Shown here: one piece after another, positions 28,858 to 38,977 of the stretch | Position numbering within the stretch: the first letter of the stretch is position 1 | How the letters are laid out: each line of letters starts with the position of its first letter | NCBI GenBank assembly: GCA_026417515.1 | Contig: JAOADC010000061.1 | Location: 18,074-82,073 of the forward strand | Direction: 5' to 3' | From: Actinomycetota bacterium | GTDB taxonomy: Bacteria > Actinomycetota > Aquicultoria > SKW223 | Length of the DNA stretch: 64,000 nucleotides | Translations under genes and position numbers: made by a program | Notes under the pieces: generated by a model | The model's database searches: none | Told to the model about the DNA's origin: nothing | Seen by the model: the letters and a program-made list of their open reading frames with translations, nothing else

Positions 28858-29796
28858 TTGGAAACTATCAAAACTACAAAAAATAAAGATATAGAACTTG
28901 GAGAAGAGTTTCAAAGGCTCTTGGTTGAATTCGAAGCATTTCTTTTACTTGAAAGGAGGCTATCGAAAAATACCGTTAAAGCATATATCTCAGACGTCCA
29001 AGAATTTTTGCTGTTTTTAAAAAAAAGGAAAATCAATGTGATTTCAAAGGTCGATGCAAGTTTGATAGAAGACTTTATGTCTCATCTTGCGTTATCTGAA
29101 AGATCAAAAGCACGCTTGGGATCGAGTCTCAGGAGTTTCTTTAAGTTTCTTCTTGCAACTGGAAATAGGATAAATATCGATCCTGATGAAATCAGTTTAC
29201 CTAAGATTCCCAAGTATCTTCCCGTTGTTTTTAGTGTTGAAGAAGTTACAAAACTGATTGATTCAGTTTCTGGAACAGATTTTCTCTCTGTAAGAGATAG
29301 AGCAATTCTTGAGGTCTTATATGCAACTGGAATGAGGGTATCTGAACTTATTAATCTGACCACTGATAGAGTTGATTTAAAAGAGCAGCTTGCTATCGTC
29401 GTAGGAAAAGGAAACAAGGAGAGAATTGTGCCTTTTGGAAGAAGTGCAAGAGAAGCCCTGGAAAGATGGCTTACTATCAGGTCTGTATCTCTTATTTCAA
29501 AAGGAAAGATAAGCAATTATGTATTTCTGTCAAAGAACTTAAAGAAGTTGACACGAGATGCAGTGTTTAGAATGCTTAAAAAGAGAGCTCTTGCTTGCGG
29601 AATCAGAAAAATCTCTCCACACTCACTAAGACACTCCTGCGCAACTCATATGATTGAGAATGGAGCTGATCTTCGTGCTGTCCAAGAAATTCTTGGCCAT
29701 TCAAATCTGACGACTACAGAAATTTATACTCATGTTTCAAAACGAATGATTAAGAAGATTTTTGAAGAATTTCATCCATGGGGAAAAAATTTTTAA
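28858..29796 (+). CDS. xerD: tyrosine recombinase XerD
   Basis: TTG start. SAM-like N-domain, then R...HxxR...Y catalytic residues (HSLRHSCATHMIE, LGHSNLTTTEIYTHV). Confidence 0.9.
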   Translation: METIKTTKNKDIELGEEFQRLLVEFEAFLLLERRLSKNTVKAYISDVQEFLLFLKKRKINVISKVDASLIEDFMSHLALSERSKARLGSSLRSFFKFLLATGNRINIDPDEISLPKIPKYLPVVFSVEEVTKLIDSVSGTDFLSVRDRAILEVLYATGMRVSELINLTTDRVDLKEQLAIVVGKGNKERIVPFGRSAREALERWLTIRSVSLISKGKISNYVFLSKNLKKLTRDAVFRMLKKRALACGIRKISPHSLRHSCATHMIENGADLRAVQEILGHSNLTTTEIYTHVSKRMIKKIFEEFHPWGKNF

Positions 29797-29856
29797 AATC
29801 GTAATTCTTAGATTAATATTTAGGTTGATTTAAAATATTAAAAAATCAGGAAGGAT

Positions 29857-30378
29857 GTGGGTTTCTTGAGAACCAAAAATTACTTGATATTTTTACTTTT
29901 AATCGGAGTTTTATCAATCGTTCTTGCAGGATGCACAAAATCAGAACCTCAACCAATCAGCGGTACTCAAAATCAAAACGCTCAAAACCCACATATGTTT
30001 CAGACAACTGTAACACCAGAAAAAGTAGGACCTCCAACTGTGCTTCCAAAAGATAAGAAGCCTGAGCAATGGGTAAAGGAATACTATGAACTTTATGCTA
30101 AGGGTGATTTTGAAAAGGCTTATTCATATCTACCTGCCATCAATAAAGCAAGGGAGACAACAGAAAGTTTCAAGAGTTCAAGAAAGCAAATGCCTATAAG
30201 TTCCTTTGAGATCGGCACACCAACTGAAACAAAAGAAGGGACAGCAACCCTCATAAAAGTTCCTGTTAATTTAAGTTCAGGTGGAATGGCGTTTCAGACA
30301 ACCTGGGTTTTTGAGAAAAGACAAGATGGTTCTTTTATTGCCAAAGAAACACAGACTGCAATAAATAGCAGCAAATAA
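29857..30378 (+). CDS. hypothetical lipoprotein
   Basis: Signal peptide with a lipobox (LAGC). The start is more likely the TTG at 29866, which has an AGGAAGGA RBS. Confidence 0.6.
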   Translation: MGFLRTKNYLIFLLLIGVLSIVLAGCTKSEPQPISGTQNQNAQNPHMFQTTVTPEKVGPPTVLPKDKKPEQWVKEYYELYAKGDFEKAYSYLPAINKARETTESFKSSRKQMPISSFEIGTPTETKEGTATLIKVPVNLSSGGMAFQTTWVFEKRQDGSFIAKETQTAINSSK

Positions 30379-31653
30379 GTGTTAGAAGAAATTATTGAAC
30401 AAATCGAAAAAAATCAATTAGACGAAAAACTGCTGACAGAATTCTTCAATCTTTACCTAAGAAGGGAAGTTAGCAGGCAAAGCGTAGTTGAACTTCTCAA
30501 AGCATTTTCGCAAGTTAAGGACCACGAAACAATCAAGAAATTCATTGAAGCTGAAGTAAACACCGGAAAACAGTTAGAGTGGCCTGAAAATTTAAGACCT
30601 GTAATCGACAAACATTCTACTGGTGGAGTTGGAGATAAAGTAAGCCTCATAGTTGTCCCATGGATAGCTGCCTGTGGATTGAGGGTTGCAAAATTATCAG
30701 GTAGATCTCTAGGACATACAGGAGGCACAATTGATAAGATTGAATCCATACCTGGTGTAAGCCCCTTATTGGATTCAGAAAAATTTGCTGAAGGGGTAAT
30801 CAGAAAAGGATGTTTAATTGCTGAACCATCTAACGATATATGTCCTGTTGAACCCCTATTGTATGAACTTAGAAATGAATCCGATCTGGTTCCGTATCTT
30901 CCGCTTGTTGTGGCAAGTATCTTGAGTAAGAAAATTGCCACTAATGCTGACATAATAATTTTTGATGTTAAGGTAGGTAAGGGAGCTTTCTTTAAAGACA
31001 GAGAAAGCGCAGAAATGCTTGCCAAATATTTAGTGGAGGTCTCCTTACTTTTCAACAAAAAAACCTCAGCAATATTGACTTCGATGGATGCTCCTCTGGG
31101 ATATGCAATTGGAAATTCTCTTGAAGTCCTGGAAGCAATTGAATTCTTATCGGGAAAAAACATCGATGGTCTTAACGAGGTGGTTTACGCAATCGCCATT
31201 CAGGCTCTCTGTCTTGCAGGATTTGACGAAGAGGAAGCATTCATTAAACTGGAAAGCGCTAGAAATTCTGGTAAAGCATTGAATTACTTTGTAAATATGG
31301 TCGAATTCTTAGGAGGACCATCCTCTTTAAATGATCTTATGCGAAAAATTCCAAGGGCACCGGTTGTAGGAACTTTTACTTCGATTGAAAAAGGATACAT
31401 TCACAGCATTGACCCATTGTTGATCTCAAAAGCTGTTCAGGCTGCTTCAAAAAATGTTAAACGACCTGATACAGGTATTAGACTGCTTGTAAGGCAAGGA
31501 CAGGAAATAGGAATTGATGATGAATTGTGTGAAATTCACGCCCTTGATTACGAATCTCTTGATAAGGCATCAGATATTCTCGAAAATGCTTTTTTAATTG
31601 AAGAGACGAAACCAAAACCATTAGAATATGTTATTGGTAAGTTTCCTATTTAA
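30379..31653 (+). CDS. pdp: pyrimidine-nucleoside (thymidine) phosphorylase
   Basis: GTG start. HSTGGVGDK phosphate-binding motif and glycosyl-transferase family 3 architecture. Confidence 0.85.
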   Translation: MLEEIIEQIEKNQLDEKLLTEFFNLYLRREVSRQSVVELLKAFSQVKDHETIKKFIEAEVNTGKQLEWPENLRPVIDKHSTGGVGDKVSLIVVPWIAACGLRVAKLSGRSLGHTGGTIDKIESIPGVSPLLDSEKFAEGVIRKGCLIAEPSNDICPVEPLLYELRNESDLVPYLPLVVASILSKKIATNADIIIFDVKVGKGAFFKDRESAEMLAKYLVEVSLLFNKKTSAILTSMDAPLGYAIGNSLEVLEAIEFLSGKNIDGLNEVVYAIAIQALCLAGFDEEEAFIKLESARNSGKALNYFVNMVEFLGGPSSLNDLMRKIPRAPVVGTFTSIEKGYIHSIDPLLISKAVQAASKNVKRPDTGIRLLVRQGQEIGIDDELCEIHALDYESLDKASDILENAFLIEETKPKPLEYVIGKFPI

Positions 31654-31668
31654 AGTGGTTCGGAATTG

Positions 31669-34257
31669 ATGAAAAAGTTCCTCATACTTACTCATGTCTC
31701 TGCTGATTTCGATGCAGCAGCTTCTTGCTATGCAGCCTCTCTTATTTATGAAAACTCAATACCTGTCTTACCAGGTTCACCAAACAAAAATGTTAGAGAT
31801 TTTCTCTCCCTGCACTCTGACCTAATTTATTTTTATGGTGAGAGAGATTTTAAGATTGAAGATATAAGTGGGATTGTTCTCACAGATGTTCAAGGTCTTG
31901 AAAGGACAGGTCCCTTCCTGTCAGTTTTGCTCAAAGATTCCAAACTGCCAATCATTGTTTTTGACCACCATCCAAGCAGTGAAATCTTAAATAATGTATC
32001 TGAAAGCCATATTGAAAAAACAGGTTCCACCACAACCATACTTGTCGAGAAATTAAGAGAGTTGGGCAAGGCAATAAGTCCTGCTGAAGCAACCTTTTTT
32101 GCTCTTGGAATCCACGAAGATACCGGCTCTCTAACCTTTAAAAATTCAACTGAAAGGGATGCAAAAGCACTTGCCTGGCTGTATGAATTAGGTGCTCAAC
32201 CTGAACTGATTTACCGATTTCTTCATTCAAGATTCTCTGAAATTCAATCTGAACTTCTTATTTCTCTAATTCGAAACGCAAAACATGAGCGAATTCACGA
32301 CAAAATACTGCTTTTTTCAGAAGCCCAGGCAAAAACTTTTGTGGATGGTGCTTCATCAGTCGTCCACCGTCTTGTCGATATCTATAATCCTGATTTTGCA
32401 CTTGTTGCACTTGTTTCTCCTTTAAAGATTACTCTTATTGCCCGTTCTTCTTCTGAAGAGATTGATTGCCTGAGTGTCTTAAAGGAATTTGAACCATCAG
32501 GACATCCTGAAGCTGCAGTAGCATATATTGCTAATACAGACGTAAGGTCAGTTTTTGAAAAATCAAAAAGTAAAATCAAAGGTCTTTTAAAGCCTGAAAT
32601 AAAGGTAAAGGACATAATGAGCAAATTGGTTGTCACAGTTAAGCCAAGCACCAAAATCATTCAAGTTCTTGATCTTTTTAAAAAAACAGGTCATTCTGGA
32701 TTTCCTGTGGTTGATAGAGACAAGGTTGTAGGAATAATTACACGCACAGAAGCAGAAAAGGCAATTATGCATAACCTCGCTCATGCACCTGTTAAAGGCT
32801 TTATGGTTCGAGATGTTACTTTTATTGAACCTGACACAAGCATCAGTGATGCAGTCAAGGTAATGATGGAAGAAGGCATAGGTAGGTTGCCAGTTGTCGA
32901 AAATAATAGGTTGATTGGCATAATCACAAGAACTGATGTCTTAAGAGCACTCCATGGAATCACTTATTACTCTAAGGAGAAAGTAGAAGTCAAAGAATTG
33001 ATACTTCGAAAATTTAAAGAAAAAATCCCTTTTGAAATCCAGCAACTACTGCAACTTACAGGGTTTATAGCGGATGAACTGGGATATTCAGCCTATCTGG
33101 TTGGCGGCATTGTTAGAGATCTAATTCTTGGCTACGAAAATCTCGATTTCGACATTGTTGTTGAAGGTTCAGCAATAGAGGTTGCAAAAAGGCTCGCTAA
33201 ATCAACTGGTGCAAGAATGGATGCATACAAAAGATTTGATACGGCTGTTGTTATTTTTAATACAGGCTTGCGACTGGATTTTGCAACTGCAAGAACAGAG
33301 TACTATGAAAAGCCAGGCGCTTTACCAAGAGTACAAAAATCAAGCATAAGAAGCGATCTCTTGAGAAGAGACTTTACCATCAATGCACTTGCTTTTTCTC
33401 TTTCAAGAAGGAATTTCGCTGAGGTTGTTGATGTTTCTGGAGGTCTTAAGGATCTGAGAAGTGGAACTATAAGAGTTCTTCATTCTCTTAGTTTTATTGA
33501 AGATCCGACAAGGATTGTGAGAGCGGTTCGATTTGAAGCGAAGTTTGATTTTAGAATGGATGAAACCACTGAGATATTAGCCAGGGAGGCAATACGTCTC
33601 CACGTCTTGAAGCAGGCAACTCCTGTCAGGCTTCGTGATGAAATATTTGATCTTTTCAAAGAAGAAGAATTCTTAAAAGGTATAGAAAGAGCAGTTCGAT
33701 TAGGTGTTATGGAAGAGGTATTCGGACCTTTGAAATTAACTCCACAAAAAAAGGCTCACTTTAAAATGATCTCAAAATCATCCCAGCTAAGAGAGAAACC
33801 TGAATTAAAGAAGATTGCTGTACTATCAGTTCTTTTAATGGATTTTTCAGACGAAAAGATTGAGGAACTCGCTACTTTTTTCAAAATGAACTCAAGCGAT
33901 AAAAGAGTCCTTCTTGAATCCGTTCGCCTTCTCAGGATGCAAGATATTAAGTTAACTAAAAATTCTGAGATTTTTGATTTCTTTCAAAACTACCGAGAAG
34001 AAAGCCTTCTTTGCGTTTATCATTCACTTAAAAGAAACTCTCTTTTAAAACCTGCATTGGGTAAGTATCTCAATGAAATCAGGGTTAAGAAACCTCCTTT
34101 GACTGGAAGGGACCTGATCGAGATTGGATACTCTGAATCACCGATGCTTGGTAAGATAAAGAGCGAAATTTTTAAACTTTTTTTGGATGGAAAGATTGAA
34201 ACAAAGGAAGAAGCTTTGGCTTACGCTAAGAATTTCTTAAACAAGCAGTCAAAATAA
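31669..34257 (+). CDS. cca: multidomain DHH/DHHA1 phosphoesterase, two CBS domains and a tRNA nucleotidyltransferase (CCA-adding/polyA polymerase family) fusion
   Basis: N-terminal DHH (VFDHHP), two CBS domains (aa about 315-440), a PolyA-pol head (GGIVRDLILG...DFDIVVEG) and an RNA-binding/HD-like tail. Confidence 0.8.
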   Translation: MKKFLILTHVSADFDAAASCYAASLIYENSIPVLPGSPNKNVRDFLSLHSDLIYFYGERDFKIEDISGIVLTDVQGLERTGPFLSVLLKDSKLPIIVFDHHPSSEILNNVSESHIEKTGSTTTILVEKLRELGKAISPAEATFFALGIHEDTGSLTFKNSTERDAKALAWLYELGAQPELIYRFLHSRFSEIQSELLISLIRNAKHERIHDKILLFSEAQAKTFVDGASSVVHRLVDIYNPDFALVALVSPLKITLIARSSSEEIDCLSVLKEFEPSGHPEAAVAYIANTDVRSVFEKSKSKIKGLLKPEIKVKDIMSKLVVTVKPSTKIIQVLDLFKKTGHSGFPVVDRDKVVGIITRTEAEKAIMHNLAHAPVKGFMVRDVTFIEPDTSISDAVKVMMEEGIGRLPVVENNRLIGIITRTDVLRALHGITYYSKEKVEVKELILRKFKEKIPFEIQQLLQLTGFIADELGYSAYLVGGIVRDLILGYENLDFDIVVEGSAIEVAKRLAKSTGARMDAYKRFDTAVVIFNTGLRLDFATARTEYYEKPGALPRVQKSSIRSDLLRRDFTINALAFSLSRRNFAEVVDVSGGLKDLRSGTIRVLHSLSFIEDPTRIVRAVRFEAKFDFRMDETTEILAREAIRLHVLKQATPVRLRDEIFDLFKEEEFLKGIERAVRLGVMEEVFGPLKLTPQKKAHFKMISKSSQLREKPELKKIAVLSVLLMDFSDEKIEELATFFKMNSSDKRVLLESVRLLRMQDIKLTKNSEIFDFFQNYREESLLCVYHSLKRNSLLKPALGKYLNEIRVKKPPLTGRDLIEIGYSESPMLGKIKSEIFKLFLDGKIETKEEALAYAKNFLNKQSK

Positions 34258-34285
34258 TTATTAAGGGTGTCAGCATAATACTGGA

Positions 34286-34915
34286 ATGCTTGAGATAATC
34301 TTTAAAGTTATTCATTTGATCATAGCCGTTGTTCTGCACGAAACAGCACATGGACTAGCAGCATCCAAAGAAGGCGATCCAACTCCTTTGAGAGCAGGAA
34401 GAATCAGTTTGAATCCTCTAAAGCATATTGACCCATTCTTTACAGTTCTACTTCCGCTTCTTTTGATTCTTTCTGGTTCACCTATAGTATTTGGTGCAGC
34501 AAAGCCAGTTCCAATAAATCCATTCTACTTTAAAAGAGGGAGGCTCAGTTTTGCCATAGTTTCTGCTTCAGGTATAAGCATAAACCTTCTCTTAGCCTTC
34601 ATTTTTTCACTGCTCTTATTTCTTTTTCCACATAATACGGTTTTATCCACTTTCTTTAGTGTTGGTGTCTGGCTAAATATCATTCTGGCAGTTTTTAATG
34701 CTATTCCAATTCCTCCACTTGATGGAAGTAGAATCCTATACGTATTTCTGAATCCATCTCAACGCCGCACATTTGATGAAATTGAAAGGTATGGATATTT
34801 AATCCTTTTTATCTTCTTATACTTTTTCGGTGACATTGTATTCAGGATTGCTATGCCTATTGCTAATATATTCTTTTTAATAGCAAAGCAAATGATAAAG
34901 ATTGGAGGTATTTGA
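34286..34915 (+). CDS. M50-family (site-2 protease-like) zinc metalloprotease, small form
   Basis: HETAHG (HExxH) sits in a TM helix; NAIPIPPLDGSR is the second metal-ligand motif. Polytopic. Confidence 0.7.
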   Translation: MLEIIFKVIHLIIAVVLHETAHGLAASKEGDPTPLRAGRISLNPLKHIDPFFTVLLPLLLILSGSPIVFGAAKPVPINPFYFKRGRLSFAIVSASGISINLLLAFIFSLLLFLFPHNTVLSTFFSVGVWLNIILAVFNAIPIPPLDGSRILYVFLNPSQRRTFDEIERYGYLILFIFLYFFGDIVFRIAMPIANIFFLIAKQMIKIGGI

Positions 34916-35901
34916 TGAAAAGAGCATTAACTGGTTATAGACCAACAGGTTTTCTCCATCTTGGCCACCTCCATGGAGTTCTGAAAAATATGCTCAAACT
35001 TCAAGAAGAATATGAGTGCTTCTTTTTTGTTGCTGACTGGCACGCTCTAACCACTGATTACGAAAATCCTTCAAGGATTTCTGAATATACAAGAAGCCTT
35101 GTCCTTGACTGGTTAGCAGCGGGAATTTCTCCCCAAAAATCTACAATCTATCGACAGAGCGATCTACCAGAGGTTGCCGTTCTTTCTCTGTTATTTGGAA
35201 TGATAACTCCACTTGGCTGGCTTGAAAGGAATCCAACTTACAAAGAACAATTAAGAGAATTGAAAAAAAGACATTTACAGACATATGGATTTCTTGGTTA
35301 TCCTGTCCTACAAGCAGCCGACATTTTAATTGTCCTTGCAGACGTCGTACCAGTTGGAGAGGATCAAGTACCCCATCTTGAACTGACAAGAGAGATTGCC
35401 AGGAGATTCAACTCCCTCTACGGTGAATATTTTCCTGAGCCTGAAGCGCTTCTTTCGTCATTCCCAAGAGTTCCTGGGACAGACGGAAGAAAAATGTCCA
35501 AATCGTACGAGAATGCTATATTTCTGAATGAAGAAATAGAAGTGATTAGACAAAAGGTGCTCAATATGTTTACTGATCCCAAAAGAATATATAAGAAGGA
35601 TCCTGGACATCCAGAATCCTGTCCGGTATTCAACCTGCATAGATTTCACACGGAAACTGAAACTGTCAAGCAAATCGAGCAAGACTGCAGGAATGCTATC
35701 ATAGGATGCAGAGATTGCAAAAAGATACTGGCTGAAAACATTATTAAAGACGTTATCCCATTTCAGGAAAGAAGAAAGATGATTTTGAATGAAAATCCAA
35801 ATATTGTCGATGAAGTTTTGGAAGAAGGTTTAAGAAGGGTAAAGCCAATTGCAAATCAAGTGATTCTTGAGGTTGAAAATAAAATGGGGTTGAAAGCTTA
35901 G
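34912..35901 (+). CDS. trpS: tryptophan--tRNA ligase
   Basis: HIGH-type motif (TGFLHLGHLHG) and KMSKS. Confidence 0.95.
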   Translation: MMKRALTGYRPTGFLHLGHLHGVLKNMLKLQEEYECFFFVADWHALTTDYENPSRISEYTRSLVLDWLAAGISPQKSTIYRQSDLPEVAVLSLLFGMITPLGWLERNPTYKEQLRELKKRHLQTYGFLGYPVLQAADILIVLADVVPVGEDQVPHLELTREIARRFNSLYGEYFPEPEALLSSFPRVPGTDGRKMSKSYENAIFLNEEIEVIRQKVLNMFTDPKRIYKKDPGHPESCPVFNLHRFHTETETVKQIEQDCRNAIIGCRDCKKILAENIIKDVIPFQERRKMILNENPNIVDEVLEEGLRRVKPIANQVILEVENKMGLKA

Positions 35902-36671
35902 TGTTGAAGAGTGTTCAACCAAAAAGCAAGGTCGCTCCTCGACTTGCAAGTTATCATGTTAAAGTTAGGTCATATACAGGACCTTTCGATGTTTTGCTTC
36001 AACTTATCGCTGAGCAAAAGGTTGATATCGAAGACATCGATCTATCCAAACTAACAGAAGATTATCTGAACTTCTTAAAGGAAAACTTAGAAGATGGAAT
36101 AAGACTGGCGCCAGAATTTATTCAGGTGGCTGCTGTTTTAATACTCATTAAAACCAATTCTCTGTTAAATGAGCCTCTTTCAGAGAGGTTTGATTTAGAA
36201 GATTTCCCATTGTCGCAGGATGAGTTGTTGAAATCTTTAAAGGAACTCGAGCAGGCAAAAAAAGCACAGGCCTTGATAGAAGAAAAATTATCCGATAGGC
36301 AACCTCTAATTGAAGCTCAAGTAAGAATTTTAGATGAAGATATGAAAGCAGGGGGATGGAATTTAAGCATTGATAAGACCCTCTTGATAAAGATTTATGA
36401 AGAAGTTTCCTTTCGCAACCCATTGAGCGTTAAAGAGAAATTTGTAGGTAACCAAACTTTTGATATAGGAACCTTCGAGTTGATTCTTTTTGAACTGCTT
36501 GAGAAAAATAGAATGTTAAGTTTTTTTGATGCTGCAACGAGATTTCTGAAGTCACGAAAGAATGTTATAGGGTTTTTTCTTGCGTCCCTTAAGCAAAGTG
36601 CGTTGGGGAAAGTGGAACTTCATCAGGAAAATCTTTTTGGAGATATCATCATTTCAAAGGTATCTGACTGA
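35901..36671 (+). CDS. scpA: segregation and condensation protein A
   Basis: ScpA N-terminal signature (FDVLLQLIAEQKVDIEDIDLSKLTEDYLNF). Confidence 0.85.
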   Translation: MLKSVQPKSKVAPRLASYHVKVRSYTGPFDVLLQLIAEQKVDIEDIDLSKLTEDYLNFLKENLEDGIRLAPEFIQVAAVLILIKTNSLLNEPLSERFDLEDFPLSQDELLKSLKELEQAKKAQALIEEKLSDRQPLIEAQVRILDEDMKAGGWNLSIDKTLLIKIYEEVSFRNPLSVKEKFVGNQTFDIGTFELILFELLEKNRMLSFFDAATRFLKSRKNVIGFFLASLKQSALGKVELHQENLFGDIIISKVSD

Positions 36672-37192
36672 TGAAAGAATATCTAACTGAAAATGAAAAG
36701 AAAGCAATGGCTTTGCTGGTTGCTGCCAGGGATAACTTGCATATTACATCTTTAAAGCAAGCCTTAAATATGGATAAGAAGGAAATCAGAGAGTTGCTAA
36801 AATCTCTTGAAAACAAATTTTTAGAGTTAAATTTGCCTTTTAAGTTGATTGAGGTTGAGGATTCCTTTGGTATAGCAATAGACGAAGAAACTTCAATTTT
36901 TCTAAACAATTTTTTTAAATCATCTTCAGCGCAAAAATCGCTATCTAGGGCCGCACTTGAAACCCTTGCTGTTATAGCTGTTCATCAACCTATAACAAGA
37001 AGAGACATTGCAAGAATCAGGGGTGTAGCACCCGACAGTTCGTTAGCAACCCTTATGGAAAGCGGATTAATAGATAGAATAGATGTAAAAGGTAAAACTT
37101 GCTTTGTGACAACAAAAGAATTCTTAAAGGCTACGGGTTTTAAATCATTAAATGAATTCAAGAAAATGGTTGAAAAACTGAATAATGAGTGA
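36671..37192 (+). CDS. scpB: segregation and condensation protein B
   Basis: Tandem winged-helix ScpB motif (ALETLAVIAVHQPITRRDIARIRGV). Confidence 0.85.
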   Translation: MKEYLTENEKKAMALLVAARDNLHITSLKQALNMDKKEIRELLKSLENKFLELNLPFKLIEVEDSFGIAIDEETSIFLNNFFKSSSAQKSLSRAALETLAVIAVHQPITRRDIARIRGVAPDSSLATLMESGLIDRIDVKGKTCFVTTKEFLKATGFKSLNEFKKMVEKLNNE

Positions 37193-37961
37193 GACAAAAA
37201 CTCAGAAGACAGAAAAGTTACATAAGTTCATTGCTCGTTGCGGAATCTGCTCTCGCAGACAGGCAGAAAAGTTGATTGAAGAAGGAAGGGTACGAGTAAA
37301 TGGAAAAATTGCAATCATTGGACAGAGGATTGACCCTCAAACCGATATTGTTGAGGTTGATGGAAAGATAATAAAACCAGTTGAGGAAAAGATATATCTT
37401 GCTTTCAATAAACCAAAAGGTGTAGTAACGACAGCAAAAGACGAGTACGGAAGAACCTGTGTTCTCGATTTCTTAAAAAAGCACTTTGATCTTGAAAAAT
37501 ATCATCTATTCCCTGTTGGCAGGCTTGATAAAAACAGCACAGGCCTTATCATAATAACCAATGATGGAGATTTAGCTGCTGCATTGTTAAACCCAAGAAA
37601 GATGATTCCAAAAGAGTACATAGTTACTGTCAAAGGCCATCCTTCGAAATCAAAACTAAGTCGCCTTGAGCAGGGAGTAATGCTTGATGGTAAAATTACC
37701 CTTCCCTGTAAAATAGAATTGCTTCAAAAAAACAAGCGTTCAACAAGATTAAAAGTGACTCTTTACGAAGGAAAGAAGCGTCAGATAAGACGTATGATGA
37801 AAATGATTAATCACCCTGTTATTAGCCTGAACAGAGTTGCCGTTGGACCTATAAAACTAAAAGGCCTAAAAAGAGGGAGTTTTCGTCATCTAAGCAAGGA
37901 TGAAATCGTAAAATTATTAGAAGCAATTAAGGATAGGAGGTTGGAAAGGTGGGAAGCGTAA
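37185..37961 (+). CDS. rluB: rRNA pseudouridine synthase, RsuA/RluB family
   Basis: S4 domain followed by the catalytic GRLDKNSTGLIIITNDG. Confidence 0.85.
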   Translation: MSETKTQKTEKLHKFIARCGICSRRQAEKLIEEGRVRVNGKIAIIGQRIDPQTDIVEVDGKIIKPVEEKIYLAFNKPKGVVTTAKDEYGRTCVLDFLKKHFDLEKYHLFPVGRLDKNSTGLIIITNDGDLAAALLNPRKMIPKEYIVTVKGHPSKSKLSRLEQGVMLDGKITLPCKIELLQKNKRSTRLKVTLYEGKKRQIRRMMKMINHPVISLNRVAVGPIKLKGLKRGSFRHLSKDEIVKLLEAIKDRRLERWEA

Positions 37962-38977
37962 AAGATCTCTTCATTATTGAGCAACCACAAGAAACAAGGG
38001 CTGGAAAGGGAATGTTTGTATTTTCCGATCGCTATTCGGTTTTTGATTGGGGTGAGATGCCTGATAAGATACCTCACAAAGGAGAAGCATTATGTATGTT
38101 AACCTCTTACTTTTTTGAACTTGCCGAAAAAAGAGGCGTAAAGACGCATTACCTTGGTTTGATTGATAAAGACGACCAAGAAAAGAGATTGGCTGAGTTA
38201 AATTCAGCTTCAAATAGAATGATGGTTAAACTGCTGAGAGTGGTTGAGCCTGAATACAGGGATGGCACTTACGATTACACTCCTATTAAGAATTTAAATG
38301 CAAACTATCTTATCCCTCTGGAAGTTATTTACCGTTTCTCTCTTCCTGAAGGTTCGAGTGTATTTAGAAGAATTTCTGAAGGAAGTTTGACTCCTTCAGA
38401 TTTAGGACTCAACGAACCTCCTGTTCCAGGTACAGTACTCAAAGAGCCCTTTATAGACTTCTCAACAAAATTGGAACACTTTGATAGATACTTAAACAGG
38501 AAAGAGGCTCTTGAAATTTCTGGCTTATCTGAAGATAAGTTCAACCAACTTGTTGATATGGCAAAGGATCTTGCAAAAATGATTCGCGACGCTTACGAAG
38601 AAATAGGCATTAACAACGAGGACGGAAAATTTGAATTTGGCGTAGATGAGTCCGGTGACATCATCTTGATAGATGCTCTTGGAACTCCTGACGAATGCCG
38701 ATTCAGTAAGGATGGTGTCACATTAAGCAAAGAGTTTGCGAGAATTTTTTATAGAGGAAGCAATTGGCACAAAGAATTGGAAGCAGCCAAGAAATCTTTT
38801 GGTAAAGATTGGAGAGAGCATGTAAGACTTAAGCCTGAACCCCTGCCATCTGAAGACCTTGAGCTTCTTTCAAATATTTACACAAGTCTTACAAATTCAC
38901 TGCTGAAGAAAAAGGTGTTTGAGACAGATTACACTCTTGAAGAACTGATATCGAAGATTAAGGAGAGGCTTTCTTGA
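37949..38977 (+). CDS. purC: SAICAR synthetase-family protein (long-form PurC-like)
   Basis: Collinear matches to PurC motifs: DRYSVFDW...KGEALCMLTSYFFELAEKRGVKTH and DGKFEFGVDESGDIILIDALGTPDECRFSKDG. Confidence 0.55.
   Translation: MGSVKDLFIIEQPQETRAGKGMFVFSDRYSVFDWGEMPDKIPHKGEALCMLTSYFFELAEKRGVKTHYLGLIDKDDQEKRLAELNSASNRMMVKLLRVVEPEYRDGTYDYTPIKNLNANYLIPLEVIYRFSLPEGSSVFRRISEGSLTPSDLGLNEPPVPGTVLKEPFIDFSTKLEHFDRYLNRKEALEISGLSEDKFNQLVDMAKDLAKMIRDAYEEIGINNEDGKFEFGVDESGDIILIDALGTPDECRFSKDGVTLSKEFARIFYRGSNWHKELEAAKKSFGKDWREHVRLKPEPLPSEDLELLSNIYTSLTNSLLKKKVFETDYTLEELISKIKERLS

Noticed and set aside
30453-31163. 236-aa minus-strand ORF
   Set aside because: It lies fully inside the pdp gene on the opposite strand. 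The composition is S/L/T/P-rich and low-complexity, with no motifs, so it is a typical antisense shadow ORF. The same reasoning applies to 29082..29516(-), 52235..52738(-), 26197..26529(-), 19011..19268(-) and 5038..5352(-).
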